A DNA stretch of 64,000 bases from positions 1 through 64,000 of the IMG/VR virus record IMGVR_UViG_3300042330_000854. One strand, written 5' to 3'. Shown here one piece after another: positions 1 to 10,197 of the stretch. The stretch comes from a virus. Numbering within the stretch: position 1 is the first letter of the stretch; every line of letters begins with the position of its first letter. The position numbers and the translations under genes were made by a program. The notes under the pieces were generated by a model. It saw nothing but the letters and a program-made list of their open reading frames with translations. It was not told the origin of the DNA and did not search any database.

Positions 1-166
1 TAGTTGGATATAAACGCCGTAAAAGCTCTTCTAAGGCATCATAATCACTATCTGACATGATTTCTTGTCCTGAATCGTAATAATGCTTTCTAGCCTCTCT
101 AACGAGGTTTGAAAGGGTGTTTTCAGTGGGTATTTCTGTTCCATTAAGATAATTTTTATAATTCAT
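1..166 (-). CDS. ligA: NAD-dependent DNA ligase, N-terminal part (runs off window)
   Basis: Manual translation MNYKNYLNGTEIPTENTLSNLVREARKHYYDSGQEIMSDSDYDALEELLRRLYP matches the domain Ia YY..isD.eYD.L motif. Confidence 0.8.
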   Translation of the reverse strand, partial: MNYKNYLNGTEIPTENTLSNLVREARKHYYDSGQEIMSDSDYDALEELLRRLYPT

Positions 167-188
167 TTTTAAATCCTTTTAACAATTT

Positions 189-458
189 TTAGTAATCGTT
201 TATAATTTTAATTTGATCGGTTACAAGCAATTCTGATAAGCAATTATCACAAATTTCAGTATTATTTTTAAATTTTACAATTGAATTTTTAATAGGTACA
301 AAAGATATCATATCAAATATAGAATTGTATCCACAACTACCTAAAACAATTTCTTTTTTATTATTTTCCCAAACAGAACATGAGCAACCTTCATCATCTT
401 TATAATTATTCCAACTAATAAATTCATCATTACAATAATCACAATTAAAATTAAACAT
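189..458 (-). CDS. Cys-rich putative Zn-binding protein, paralogue 1 of 5
   Basis: N-terminal CxxC and C-terminal ICDxCxxELxVTDQI. Confidence 0.7.
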   Translation of the reverse strand: MFNFNCDYCNDEFISWNNYKDDEGCSCSVWENNKKEIVLGSCGYNSIFDMISFVPIKNSIVKFKNNTEICDNCLSELLVTDQIKIINDY

Positions 459-759
459 TATCAGATTTCTTTATTTGATCTGTAACAATTAATTCACCAA
501 TACATTCATCACAAATTTTTGAACCAACAACAAAATTAACTTTAGTTTCAGGAGTAATCCAATAGATTTTATAATCATGTTCTAATATAGAAGATTTTAA
601 GTTTGCATTTGTAAATTTACTTAACATATTTGTTAATATAAATAAAGCGCGATCATTTCCGCGATAGCAAAGTTTGCCACCATAATATAAATCCGCAAAT
701 TCAGCACCAATTAAGTTATTACAATAATTACAATAATTACAATGATGTTTATTTTGCAA
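451..759 (-). CDS. Cys-rich putative Zn-binding protein, paralogue 2
   Basis: CNYC ... ICDECIGELIVTDQI. Confidence 0.7.
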   Translation of the reverse strand: MQNKHHCNYCNYCNNLIGAEFADLYYGGKLCYRGNDRALFILTNMLSKFTNANLKSSILEHDYKIYWITPETKVNFVVGSKICDECIGELIVTDQIKKSDNV

Positions 760-1015
760 ATTTATTTCTCCAAATGTGATCAGTTATAATTAATTCACAT
801 AAACAATCGTCACAAATTCTGGTATTTGGTGTAAATTTAATTTGTGATAATTTATTTTGCCATTTCATGCTTTTATCATAAAAAATGCTATAATAATTAG
901 GATGGAAATATATTTGTTTATGTATTTGCTCTATACCAACATAATTACCATAATGATAAAAGTCATCTTTTACATCAGTTGTTGTATTGCAATATTGACA
1001 ATAAAATTTTTTCAT
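749..1015 (-). CDS. Cys-rich putative Zn-binding protein, paralogue 3
   Basis: CQYC ... ICDDCLCELIITDHI. Confidence 0.7.
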   Translation of the reverse strand: MKKFYCQYCNTTTDVKDDFYHYGNYVGIEQIHKQIYFHPNYYSIFYDKSMKWQNKLSQIKFTPNTRICDDCLCELIITDHIWRNKFAK

Positions 1016-1306
1016 TTATGTTATCTGAATAATTTGATCAGTTACAATTAATTCATCAATACAATTATCACAAATAATATCTTCATCTTTAAAAATATTC
1101 AAATGACTGTTTATAGAAAATTTACTCATATCATATTTTGAACCATAACCGCCAATAATTATTAAGTTATCATAATCATATTTTACTTTATAACCATCCA
1201 TATATGAAGGATGTTGAACTTCGCAAGCACATCCATTAGCTTGAAAACTGTCTTCAAAATAACTTTCAAAATCGGTTTTACACAGTGAGCAATTAAAATA
1301 ATTCAT
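1016..1306 (-). CDS. Cys-rich putative Zn-binding protein, paralogue 4
   Basis: CSLC ... GCAC ... ICDNCIDELIVTDQI. Confidence 0.7.
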   Translation of the reverse strand: MNYFNCSLCKTDFESYFEDSFQANGCACEVQHPSYMDGYKVKYDYDNLIIIGGYGSKYDMSKFSINSHLNIFKDEDIICDNCIDELIVTDQIIQIT

Positions 1307-1653
1307 TAAAATTCTTTCCTAATTTGATCGGTTACTATTAACTCACTCATACAATTATCACAAATTAAACCATTATTAAAAATAACGCAAGAATTATCAT
1401 TAATAGAAAAAGGATGCAGGCCAAAAACTGATCCAAAATCAGATAAAATTAGATTTACATCTTTGTAATATGCACAAGCACAATTGTCAGCGGAACCAAC
1501 ATTATTTATGGAATCACCATATTCATCTTTACAAAATTGACAACTAATTAACATTGTAAATTTCTTCCCAATTTGCGGTTTTAAAATATTTGTTCCAAAA
1601 ATTAAAAATTTCATTTTCCTGTTCATAGATGTAATCAGGAAATTTACCATCAA
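1306..1653 (-). CDS. Cys-rich putative Zn-binding protein, paralogue 5 (true start probably MLISC, about 1554)
   Basis: CQFC ... NCAC ... ICDNCMSELIVTDQI. Confidence 0.65.
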   Translation of the reverse strand: MMVNFLITSMNRKMKFLIFGTNILKPQIGKKFTMLISCQFCKDEYGDSINNVGSADNCACAYYKDVNLILSDFGSVFGLHPFSINDNSCVIFNNGLICDNCMSELIVTDQIRKEF

Positions 1654-2149
1654 TCAAATAACTGTCAACAATAATCTTGATAGTTTGTAGAATTTTTTCA
1701 AACAAACTACCATCAAGAATATTTTTACCTGAACAAATTTTATGAAGTTGTTGACGAATTTCCAATTTAACGGGAATTGGAGCATCAGCAATTGCATTAT
1801 TAATATTTCTGCAAGCAGGAACCAAATTGAAACGAGAATTAATATCAGCCCGTTCAACATCGCTCATTTTAACCATATTGGAGTTACAATAAATGTGTTC
1901 CTTGGTTGCAATATTAGGAAACAATTTATAATAAAAATTTTGATACTTCATTTTTTCACCAGTGATACGAACGAGCACAACTGGTAATCCTGTGTACCAG
2001 CAGCGCGTGGTATTTTTCTTCAAAATAAAAGCATTTACGCCTTTCCAAGTCAATTCAGCGGGAACAGTGTAATTTTCGCTCATTGTTTTTGCTCCAAGTT
2101 GATTAACAACTAAGAACAGTATAGAAAATTTTCTATTTATTGTCAACAA
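1544..2149 (-). CDS. HNH-like nuclease domain protein (true start probably MSENY at 2083)
   Basis: CWYTG ... ATKEH ... NLVPACRNINN resembles a degenerate HNH motif; SD-like GGAG before MSENY. Confidence 0.5.
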   Translation of the reverse strand: MLTINRKFSILFLVVNQLGAKTMSENYTVPAELTWKGVNAFILKKNTTRCWYTGLPVVLVRITGEKMKYQNFYYKLFPNIATKEHIYCNSNMVKMSDVERADINSRFNLVPACRNINNAIADAPIPVKLEIRQQLHKICSGKNILDGSLFEKILQTIKIIVDSYLIDGKFPDYIYEQENEIFNFWNKYFKTANWEEIYNVN

Positions 2150-2485
2150 TTAATTTTGTAAAAACCATAAAACTCTTTCAGTTTCACTTAACCCAATTGC
2201 GTCAAAATATAAATCTGGATTTGGATGGTCTTTTAGCCATTGAGAAACATTATTATAATAATAAACATTATTTAAATAAAACCCACCTATTTTGTATTTG
2301 TTAATTCTAGCTGGCCCAATTAAACGATGATCAATTTGCCCTTTTAAACACCATCTTTTTTCACCAGTAGATAAATTTTCAAAAGCTGGTGTTTGTTCAT
2401 CTGGTGAAGAAATATGGTTCCAAGGAATTCTATTTTTATTATCGGTTGTGAATTTTTGCCCATCAATATAATATAAATATTTCAT
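2150..2485 (-). CDS. HRxxGPA-family dispersed paralogue
   Basis: YYIDGxKFTT...ISSPDE.TPAFE...HRLIGPA...HPNPDLYFD...LWFLQN. Confidence 0.8.
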   Translation of the reverse strand: MKYLYYIDGQKFTTDNKNRIPWNHISSPDEQTPAFENLSTGEKRWCLKGQIDHRLIGPARINKYKIGGFYLNNVYYYNNVSQWLKDHPNPDLYFDAIGLSETERVLWFLQN

Positions 2486-2486
2486 T

Positions 2487-2714
2487 TTAAAAAGAAAATA
2501 ATTTCTTTATTTTTTGATTAATGTTATTAATTTTAACTCTTAATGATGGAAAATATTTGTCTAAAGCCCAAATAAAAACAAATAAAATCCAAAATAAAGA
2601 TAAGAAAATATCACTTAAAATATCTTGTAATGAATTTGACGAATTACATAATTTTCTCATATAAAATAAAAAACCTACTATGCCTAGTAGGTAAATTAAA
2701 GATAATATCCACAT
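2487..2714 (-). CDS. small membrane protein
   Basis: Two hydrophobic segments. Confidence 0.6.
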   Translation of the reverse strand: MWILSLIYLLGIVGFLFYMRKLCNSSNSLQDILSDIFLSLFWILFVFIWALDKYFPSLRVKINNINQKIKKLFSF

Positions 2715-2727
2715 ATTGTTTTTACTC

Positions 2728-3360
2728 CTAATTTTTTAACATGTTAAGCGTTATGTTAGTTTTTAATTTTTCAATTTCTTCTTCACTGTTTGGTATTCTT
2801 AATAAATTTTTTGAATCTACTGTTTTTGATTCATTTTCTTCAGTAAAAATTTTAATTCTTGAATTTCTAAATTCACTAACATAAGCAAAACAATTACCAG
2901 GGATGTAAAGAACAATATCACCAATATTTAAAGGATTGTTTTTGGTATCAGTTGAATTTTTTAGTTTCTTTTCTTCAATAAATTCTTTGTGTTTTTCAAA
3001 ACATTCAAGTAATTTATCACTTTGAGATTTTTCATAGTTATAAACTCTGATAAATTTTATATCTTGAACGTTTTTGGTATCAATATAAACTAATGTGTTA
3101 TTAAATCCAGGAAATTGTTTTTCAAAATCTGTAAAATAAACAGAAGGTTTAAAATAAAATTTACCAAAAATAATATTATTATTTTCATCATAACACTCAA
3201 TTGTATAATTTTTATTCTTTCTTAAATAATTATAATATGAATTGCTATATGCTGCATAATTAACATCAGCATAAGGATTAAATAATCCTTCTAAAACAAC
3301 CGGATAAGTATCATCGTATTTTCTTTTAATTTTTAAAACTTTAAAATCTGTATAATTCAT
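2728..3360 (-). CDS. hypothetical protein with C-terminal SH3/KOW-like segment
   Basis: 210 aa ORF; PLNIGDIVLY motif. Confidence 0.55.
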   Translation of the reverse strand: MNYTDFKVLKIKRKYDDTYPVVLEGLFNPYADVNYAAYSNSYYNYLRKNKNYTIECYDENNNIIFGKFYFKPSVYFTDFEKQFPGFNNTLVYIDTKNVQDIKFIRVYNYEKSQSDKLLECFEKHKEFIEEKKLKNSTDTKNNPLNIGDIVLYIPGNCFAYVSEFRNSRIKIFTEENESKTVDSKNLLRIPNSEEEIEKLKTNITLNMLKN

Positions 3361-3380
3361 TTTATTTCCTATTTTTAAAG

Positions 3381-3451
3381 ACTGCTCAGTTGGAATTGAA
3401 CCAACATAACTGATTTTGCAGACCAGGGCATAACCATTCTGCCATGAGCAG
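3381..3451 (-). tRNA. tRNA-Cys(GCA)
   Basis: Cloverleaf; CTGGT-ctGCAaa-ATCAG anticodon arm; GTTCAATTC T-loop. Confidence 0.9.
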
Positions 3452-4116
3452 AAAAAAAGAAAATCATAAACAATTTCCTTTAACCTATCATATCAAATAC
3501 GCGATAGTTTATGATTTCCAGAAAAGGAGATAAACCAGAAATTGATAGGTAAACAAGACGGTTTCAGGTCACACCGACAACCATTTTAAGCTTTACTAAC
3601 AATCCAAACAAAAACTACAACGCCAACAATTAAAGGTAAGAAAATATCAATCATTTGAAATCTTTGCTACATAAGCAACTTCATCTTGGCTGTCACGATA
3701 TTGATCAGATGCAGAAAGTGCTTCTTGATGATTATCAAAAACTTGTTCAATACGGCGTTCAACCGGAGTTTCATCGGTGGTAAACGTCAAAACATAAAGA
3801 CCGTACATGTTTTTTCTCCTCATTGCGTTTCAATAAAAGTAATTTATCAATTTTCTGTTTGTTTGTCAACCTTAATTTTTAAGCAAATATAAACAAATTT
3901 CAGTTTCATTTAATTTTTTAAATTTATTTGCTAAAACTAATTGATTAAAATTTATAAAAAAATGTACAAAATTTATATTGGAATAATCATAAAAAACATT
4001 ATCCATAACATTCCATTTATTGGTAATCATATTTACTAGCTGAACATAATCATCTCTTTTAACGCTATTACCAAAACTATCAAAAAATTCTTCTCGCATA
4101 TCATTCCTAATGTAAA

Positions 4117-4614
4117 TTATTGATTTTCTTGTTTAAACTTACTTAAAATATTTTCAACAAATTGATCTACTGAAATATTTTGCAATTCGGCAACTTTGGT
4201 TAAGGTATTAATTTCTTCTTCGGTTAAATCTAACTTAATTAAAATTTTTGGATTATAAGGTTGATCGTTGAAAATACAACTTATTTTTTCAAGAATATCT
4301 TCTTCATGCTCTAAATCATAAATTTTATTTTCAAAAATACTTTCTGAAAAATCATATTCTCTTTTAAGATATTCATCTTTTACTTTTTGAATAAAATCAG
4401 GATTAATCCAACGATATTCAACTTCTCTATTTAAATCTGATAATTGAATTTCATTGACAATAAAATTTTCAGTATCATAAGTTACTGAAACTTCACAATC
4501 TTGTGTTTTTTTAAATTCTAAATTCCAAGAATTTAAACCATAACATTCCCAATAAAATTTACTGCCATCAACAATTTTGCCTTTTGTTGCTGTTAAAACT
4601 TCCATTAAATTCAT
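4117..4614 (-). CDS. conserved jumbo-phage hypothetical protein with C-terminal RHH-like segment
   Basis: ITxGSxFxWxCYG-like N-terminus; AELQNISVDQFVENIL C-terminus. Confidence 0.6.
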   Translation of the reverse strand: MNLMEVLTATKGKIVDGSKFYWECYGLNSWNLEFKKTQDCEVSVTYDTENFIVNEIQLSDLNREVEYRWINPDFIQKVKDEYLKREYDFSESIFENKIYDLEHEEDILEKISCIFNDQPYNPKILIKLDLTEEEINTLTKVAELQNISVDQFVENILSKFKQENQ

Positions 4615-4664
4615 TCTTTTTACTCCATTTTTCTTATGCTAACTTGATTGGTAATTTTAGTCAA

Positions 4665-5282
4665 TTAATAATCTTGTAAATCGATAAACTCTAATTGATA
4701 ATAAATTTTATCACGCTGTTTTTTAATTTCATTTAAAATTTCTTCTGCTTGACGAACTTTTTCATTTTCTAATTTTACAATTTCTAAAATTTTCAAATTA
4801 TCTTCAGTATTGCCAACAAATTTATTACTTTCAAGATAACCTGTGCGATAAAAAATACCAGGAGTATTAACTAATTCAAAAATTGTATAATTTCCCCAAC
4901 CACGTCCACCTTTTGAAATAATTCTAACTAAACTTTTATATTCAATTTCAGTTTTTTCGTTTGAGATTGGCACCAAAGCACTATTAATAAGGGCAAAAAA
5001 TAAATTGTCATTTGTCAATCTTAATTGTTCAAGATCATAATTAAATTTTTCTTGAACATCAAATAAAATTAATTCAGAAATATTAAATTTAACAAAAACA
5101 GCGTGTGCGATTTCTTTTGTTAAATCTGCACCCATAGCTAAAAATTTATTAAAATACTCTTTATCTAAATTAAATTGTTTTAAAAATAAATTTAATTTAT
5201 CTTCATCAAAAGTTAGACTTTCCCCAAATTTATTTTTTAATAATTGACTTGGATGTTCTAAAAATTTTACTTCTTTTTTCAT
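4665..5282 (-). CDS. hypothetical protein, possible HigA-like HTH N-terminus
   Basis: HPSQLLK...LTKEIAHAVFVKFN resembles HigA-type HTH. Confidence 0.4.
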   Translation of the reverse strand: MKKEVKFLEHPSQLLKNKFGESLTFDEDKLNLFLKQFNLDKEYFNKFLAMGADLTKEIAHAVFVKFNISELILFDVQEKFNYDLEQLRLTNDNLFFALINSALVPISNEKTEIEYKSLVRIISKGGRGWGNYTIFELVNTPGIFYRTGYLESNKFVGNTEDNLKILEIVKLENEKVRQAEEILNEIKKQRDKIYYQLEFIDLQDY

Positions 5283-5351
5283 TAAAAAATCTCCTTATTT
5301 TTAATGATATATTTTATAAGAACTTTCTTTTTATGTCAATAGAAAATTTTT

Positions 5352-5996
5352 TTAATCCCATAAATTTCGATAATATTTTCCAAACAGTTTTAAACCATTA
5401 TTAATTCGTTCTTCGTGTTTTTTATAACCATCTTCATCAAATTTATAATTGGTTTCATCAAATACAATTTGTTTATTATTACTATTTTCGATTTCTTTCA
5501 ATTCCCATTTTAAATCGCCTTTGGTAAATTGCTCCATGCTATCATCTTTTACAAGTTGTTCAAACGCCCAAATTATTTCATCTAAAACATAATGCCATCT
5601 TTTTTCGGCATTATTATCCCAACTACCACAATTTTTTTCTTCATCGGTTAATTCTGGTGCATTAGTTGAACGCAAATGTTCAGGAACATGTTCGTCTTCG
5701 ACAAAAGCAAAACCATTTAGATTGTTTCTTAATTGGATTAAAACAGGTAATATAATTAATGCTAATGTATCATCAGCGCTCCAATGATCATAACGATGAA
5801 TTTTAATTTTTACTTTACGTTCTTTATCATTAAAGAAATCTAAAATTTTTTGTAAAAATGTATTAGATAAAAAATCTGCAATTTTATCTCTGCGATCTTC
5901 TGATACTTTAAAATATTTTAAAAATTCAACTAATTTATAAAATGAATAATGATTTCTATATGGCCCAATATAAACTTTCATGTTTTTTCCTAACAA
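5352..5996 (-). CDS. conserved phage hypothetical protein
   Basis: YDHWSADDTLALIILPVL...RWHYVLDEIIWAF...NGLKLFGKYYRNLWD. Confidence 0.75.
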   Translation of the reverse strand: MLGKNMKVYIGPYRNHYSFYKLVEFLKYFKVSEDRRDKIADFLSNTFLQKILDFFNDKERKVKIKIHRYDHWSADDTLALIILPVLIQLRNNLNGFAFVEDEHVPEHLRSTNAPELTDEEKNCGSWDNNAEKRWHYVLDEIIWAFEQLVKDDSMEQFTKGDLKWELKEIENSNNKQIVFDETNYKFDEDGYKKHEERINNGLKLFGKYYRNLWD

Positions 5997-6667
5997 ATAA
6001 TTTTTAATTTAACATACTTGAGTTTAAAAATCAAGATGTTTATTCTTTATTAGTAACTTTATCAACACCAACGCCCCATTTTGCATTACGAATGGCTTCT
6101 AAAATCTCAGCAGGTATTTCTTTTGTAATGAAACCTTCTTGATAAGGACTTTTTGTACGTTTTGTATTTTTTGCTTTTTTCATTATTAATTCCTTATAAA
6201 ACTTCCTTTTGACAAATGTAATCCTTGTAATAAATCAAAAGTAACTCTAGTATTTAATTCTATTACAATTTTTTGAAAATTTTCTTCGGTTGTATTAAAA
6301 AATAATTTTAAATTAGTTATATGACCAATCATCGGTTCTTTTAAAAATTTCAACATATATCCACTTGCATTTTGTTTTGGTGGATATATAAAAAGAGTTG
6401 AATAATGATTGATAATTATGTTTTGTTCTTTTAAAATATCAGATAATCTAATAAGATTGTGATTTTTATTTAAAATGTCGTTAATTATCGGTCTTATATT
6501 ATTGATATTGTATCTATCTTTCTTTTCAAAATAATAAAGACTATAGTTGTTATTTTGATCAAAATAACAACTATTATTGATTAATTCGCCATTATTTTTA
6601 ATGTAAATTTGCATCCTTAATTAAACAACCACGCCAGTATCTTAAATTTATGTCAACAGAAAATTTT

Positions 6668-7318
6668 CTATATTTTAGTTAAAACAAACCTTATATCAGC
6701 TTTGCCATATCTAGCCCAAACTGTTTTATCAAAACTATCTTCTGCTTTACCATGAATTAAAATTTTATTCTTTTCAATAATTTTTAATTGATTAATATCA
6801 ATTATATCAACATTTACTTGATTTGAATCCGATAGTTTAGCCCATAATCTTCTAGCACCAAAATATTGAAGTTTATCACTTAATATTGTATAATTATAAT
6901 TGTTTACTAACCATTTATAAAAATAAGTTGCTAATCCTGCTGCTTGATTTTCTTTATTAATATAAATAGCCATTACTTGATGTAAATTTTTATAAGATAA
7001 TAAATTTCCTATTTCAGAATGATTGTTTAATGTTGCTTGCAGCAATGAAGAAAAAACTTCTTTTTTCTTATTAGTTTTACTATCTGGGCAATCAATTGTA
7101 ATAAATTTTCCAACTAACCATGTTTCGTTTTTATTTTCAGATAATTTAGCAATAATTAATAACTGATCTTGAAATTCAAATTGTTCAATAATATCCCAAT
7201 TTGTTTCAAAAACATCTTTAGTTATTTCTTTTTTAAATAATTCACCATAACCACTCCAATTACCAAACGCAGCATCAGGATTTTCTTTTAATATGTCTTG
7301 TAATTGTTTTAATCTCAT
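6668..7318 (-). CDS. GNAT-like protein with MRL..L..E leader, paralogue 1
   Basis: QAAGLATYFY acetyl-CoA-motif-like segment; ILSDxxQYxGARRLWAKL. Confidence 0.6.
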   Translation of the reverse strand: MRLKQLQDILKENPDAAFGNWSGYGELFKKEITKDVFETNWDIIEQFEFQDQLLIIAKLSENKNETWLVGKFITIDCPDSKTNKKKEVFSSLLQATLNNHSEIGNLLSYKNLHQVMAIYINKENQAAGLATYFYKWLVNNYNYTILSDKLQYFGARRLWAKLSDSNQVNVDIIDINQLKIIEKNKILIHGKAEDSFDKTVWARYGKADIRFVLTKI

Positions 7319-7321
7319 TTT

Positions 7322-7972
7322 TTAATCCTTTATTTTTGTCAAAACAAATCTTATGTTTTCTTTGCTATCGTCTTCCGACCAATATTTTTTATCATATTCG
7401 TTTGGATTACTGAAATTAATATCAATTGATTTTTCAAGAATTTTTACATCTTTTGTGTCAATTATGTCAACTTGTAAATTAACATTTTTTGATAATTTTT
7501 TCCATAACATTCTACCACCATTATATTGTACTCGATCACTTAAAATATTAATACCTAAACGATTAACAAACCAATCATACATTTTAGTTGTTAAACCTAA
7601 ACCTTGATAATCTTTTGCAACTTCTACGCCTCTAACAGAGTATAAATCTTCATAACCTAATTTATTACCTAAATCTTGATGATCTTGGAAGTTTATTTGA
7701 AATACTGTTTTAAAAACATCTTTAGAAACGATACCGTTTTTGGTTTGTTCTTGTATTTCATCATAGTATCCAGTAACCCAAATAGTATCATCGTTTAATT
7801 GAGCAATTAAAAATTCTTGTCCGTTTATATTAATAGGTTCTGCAACTGTCCATAATAAATCAAAAACAGATTTTGAAATATTTTTCTGAAAATCATCTTT
7901 AAATCCTTGCCAATCTCCTAAACTGGCAACTGGATTTTCATTAATTTTTTGTAATAATTCTTTTAATCTCAT
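7322..7972 (-). CDS. GNAT-like protein with MRL..L..E leader, paralogue 2
   Basis: VAKDYQGLGLTTKMY (Q/RxxGxG/A motif); ILSDRVQYNGGRMLW. Confidence 0.65.
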   Translation of the reverse strand: MRLKELLQKINENPVASLGDWQGFKDDFQKNISKSVFDLLWTVAEPININGQEFLIAQLNDDTIWVTGYYDEIQEQTKNGIVSKDVFKTVFQINFQDHQDLGNKLGYEDLYSVRGVEVAKDYQGLGLTTKMYDWFVNRLGINILSDRVQYNGGRMLWKKLSKNVNLQVDIIDTKDVKILEKSIDINFSNPNEYDKKYWSEDDSKENIRFVLTKIKD

Positions 7973-7974
7973 TT

Positions 7975-8163
7975 TTAACCATTTTGAATATCAATAATTT
8001 TATTCATATCATTTTCATCAACAAAAATTCTAATTCTATCTAAACGCAAATCAGCAGTTGCAAAATCTGTGTTTCTTAATATATGAATATTTTCTCTTTT
8101 AAATCCTTTAGAAATATAATATTCAATTTCTTCTTCAATTGTACGATAGTTTTTATTATTCAT
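7975..8163 (-). CDS. peptidase inhibitor I78/potato-inhibitor-I-like protein
   Basis: ATADLRLDRIRIFVDEN...IIDIQNG. Confidence 0.7.
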   Translation of the reverse strand: MNNKNYRTIEEEIEYYISKGFKRENIHILRNTDFATADLRLDRIRIFVDENDMNKIIDIQNG

Positions 8164-10124
8164 TTTAATTTATAAACTCAACTTCATAATTAAATTTTTT
8201 TAAATGCTGTTGAAAAAATTCTTCAGTATATTCAATATTTTCAGGAATATCTAAATTTGGTATTTTAAGATATTCAATAATTTTATCAAAAATATCTTCA
8301 TCAAAATAATTAATACTATCATAACAATAAGCAGAAGGTTTTAAATTTAAAATTTCTTTATCATTAAGATAAACAATAGCACCATCAGCATAACTTATTC
8401 CGCAAGTTTCACAATCATGATAATCTTCACAAAATTCTATTTTTATAATATTCATAATAACTCCTATATTAATGTTGTAATTCTAATAAAATTATTTGAG
8501 TATTATCGTTTACTTTAATAGCTTCTCTTATATTTGGATGGTTAATAAAAATACTTTCACCATTATAAAAGTAATAAAAAGATTGCCCAATATATTTTAT
8601 TTTATAATACGTATTTTGATAATAAATCCAATCATTTTCTTTAAATTTCATAATAGAAATCCTAAGAAAAAACCTATAATTAATAATACAGGAAACCATA
8701 CAAACGCAGTTAACGCATGTATGGTTAAAAATGTTCCATTATTTCTACCAAAATATAAAGTGCTTCCACCAATTAATACAGAAAATAAAATACTTACAAT
8801 CGCATTAATTGGATAAAATATAAACAACAAAAATATTAAAGCAATTGGTAAAAATAATAATTGCATATTAAAATAAATCTTTGTCTGATTTATAAATTAC
8901 TGTATTAGGCGTAATTACAAAATATTCATCTGGATTTCCTTCGATATTTAATTTAAAAACCAATTTTCCAGTTTTTAAATGTTTAGAAATAATTTCTGCC
9001 TCATCGTGAAATCCACCATAATATCGAGTATAATTTTGATAACCTTCAAAATAACCATCCATATTACATGCTAATTTTAATTCATTGTTAATTAATTTAA
9101 AATAATCTTCATTATTATACTTTTGTGCATCTTCAAATAAATCATTAAAATCAGAATTATTTTTTAATTCGTTATTTAATGATACTATATCTAATGTCAA
9201 ATCTTCTTGTTTTAAAATTTTTAAAGTAATATAAAGTCCCATAGTTTATTATCCTTTCTTATAATTGGTTTATTCAAACGATTTAATAATTTATTATTCC
9301 AGTACCAGTTTGTAATGATTTAATATCATCAACAATTGTTGGTGATGCTTCAAAAATGTTTTTACTTTTTTCGGTTCCAAAATGATATTCTAACATATCT
9401 CGTAGAATATTATAATAGCCACGATGAAGATAATAAAAATTAGAATTTTCTAACACGCACATTAATTTAATATAAGCGTCAAATAATTTTTCATCCAAAT
9501 CAAAATGTTTATTAAAAATTATTTTTAAATTTTCGATAATTTTACTAACTTCAATATTTTCTAATTGATTTTCATAAAATTTTAATTTATCACGATGTTC
9601 TTTTATTTTTTCTAAAATCTCTGTTTTAGTTAAATCGCACATTATTACTCTTTCTTTAATTGTATTAAAGTTAATATCATATTAAAATATTTTTGTAATT
9701 CCTCGATGTTCTCATTGTCACTGCCAAAGAAAACACTATATTCTAAAATACCAACCGGACCATCTAAAGGAATATCTTTTAATTTTTTACTGAGTTCTTT
9801 ATCACGAATTACATTATAACTGTATTGAAATTTTATTAATTTGCTTTCTTGATTAAATAATTCAATATCGAAATTATAATCATACGTTAAAATTTCTATG
9901 ATAAATGGCATAATCCCACCATTTAATTCTTCATTAAACAAAAACTCTTCTTTTTGTAATTGAAGAGTTTTATTTAAATAATATCTCATTGAAATTTACT
10001 GAATAAAAATTCTTTAAATTTACGCGAAAAATTACTTAGTTTTTCGCCAGCAATATAAAAACCAGCAATAACGCCAAAAACAAAACCAATTAATGTAAAC
10101 ATATTCTTTCTCCATAATGTTTAG

Positions 10125-10197
10125 AGGTTCCAGAAGAACTCGAATCTTCATTTTAACTTTCGTAGAGTTACGTCCTATCCAGTTGGACGATGGAACC
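10125..10197 (-). tRNA. tRNA-Arg(ACG)
   Basis: GGTTCCA/TGGAACC acceptor; TAACT-ctACGaa-AGTTA; TTCGAGT T-loop. Confidence 0.9.
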
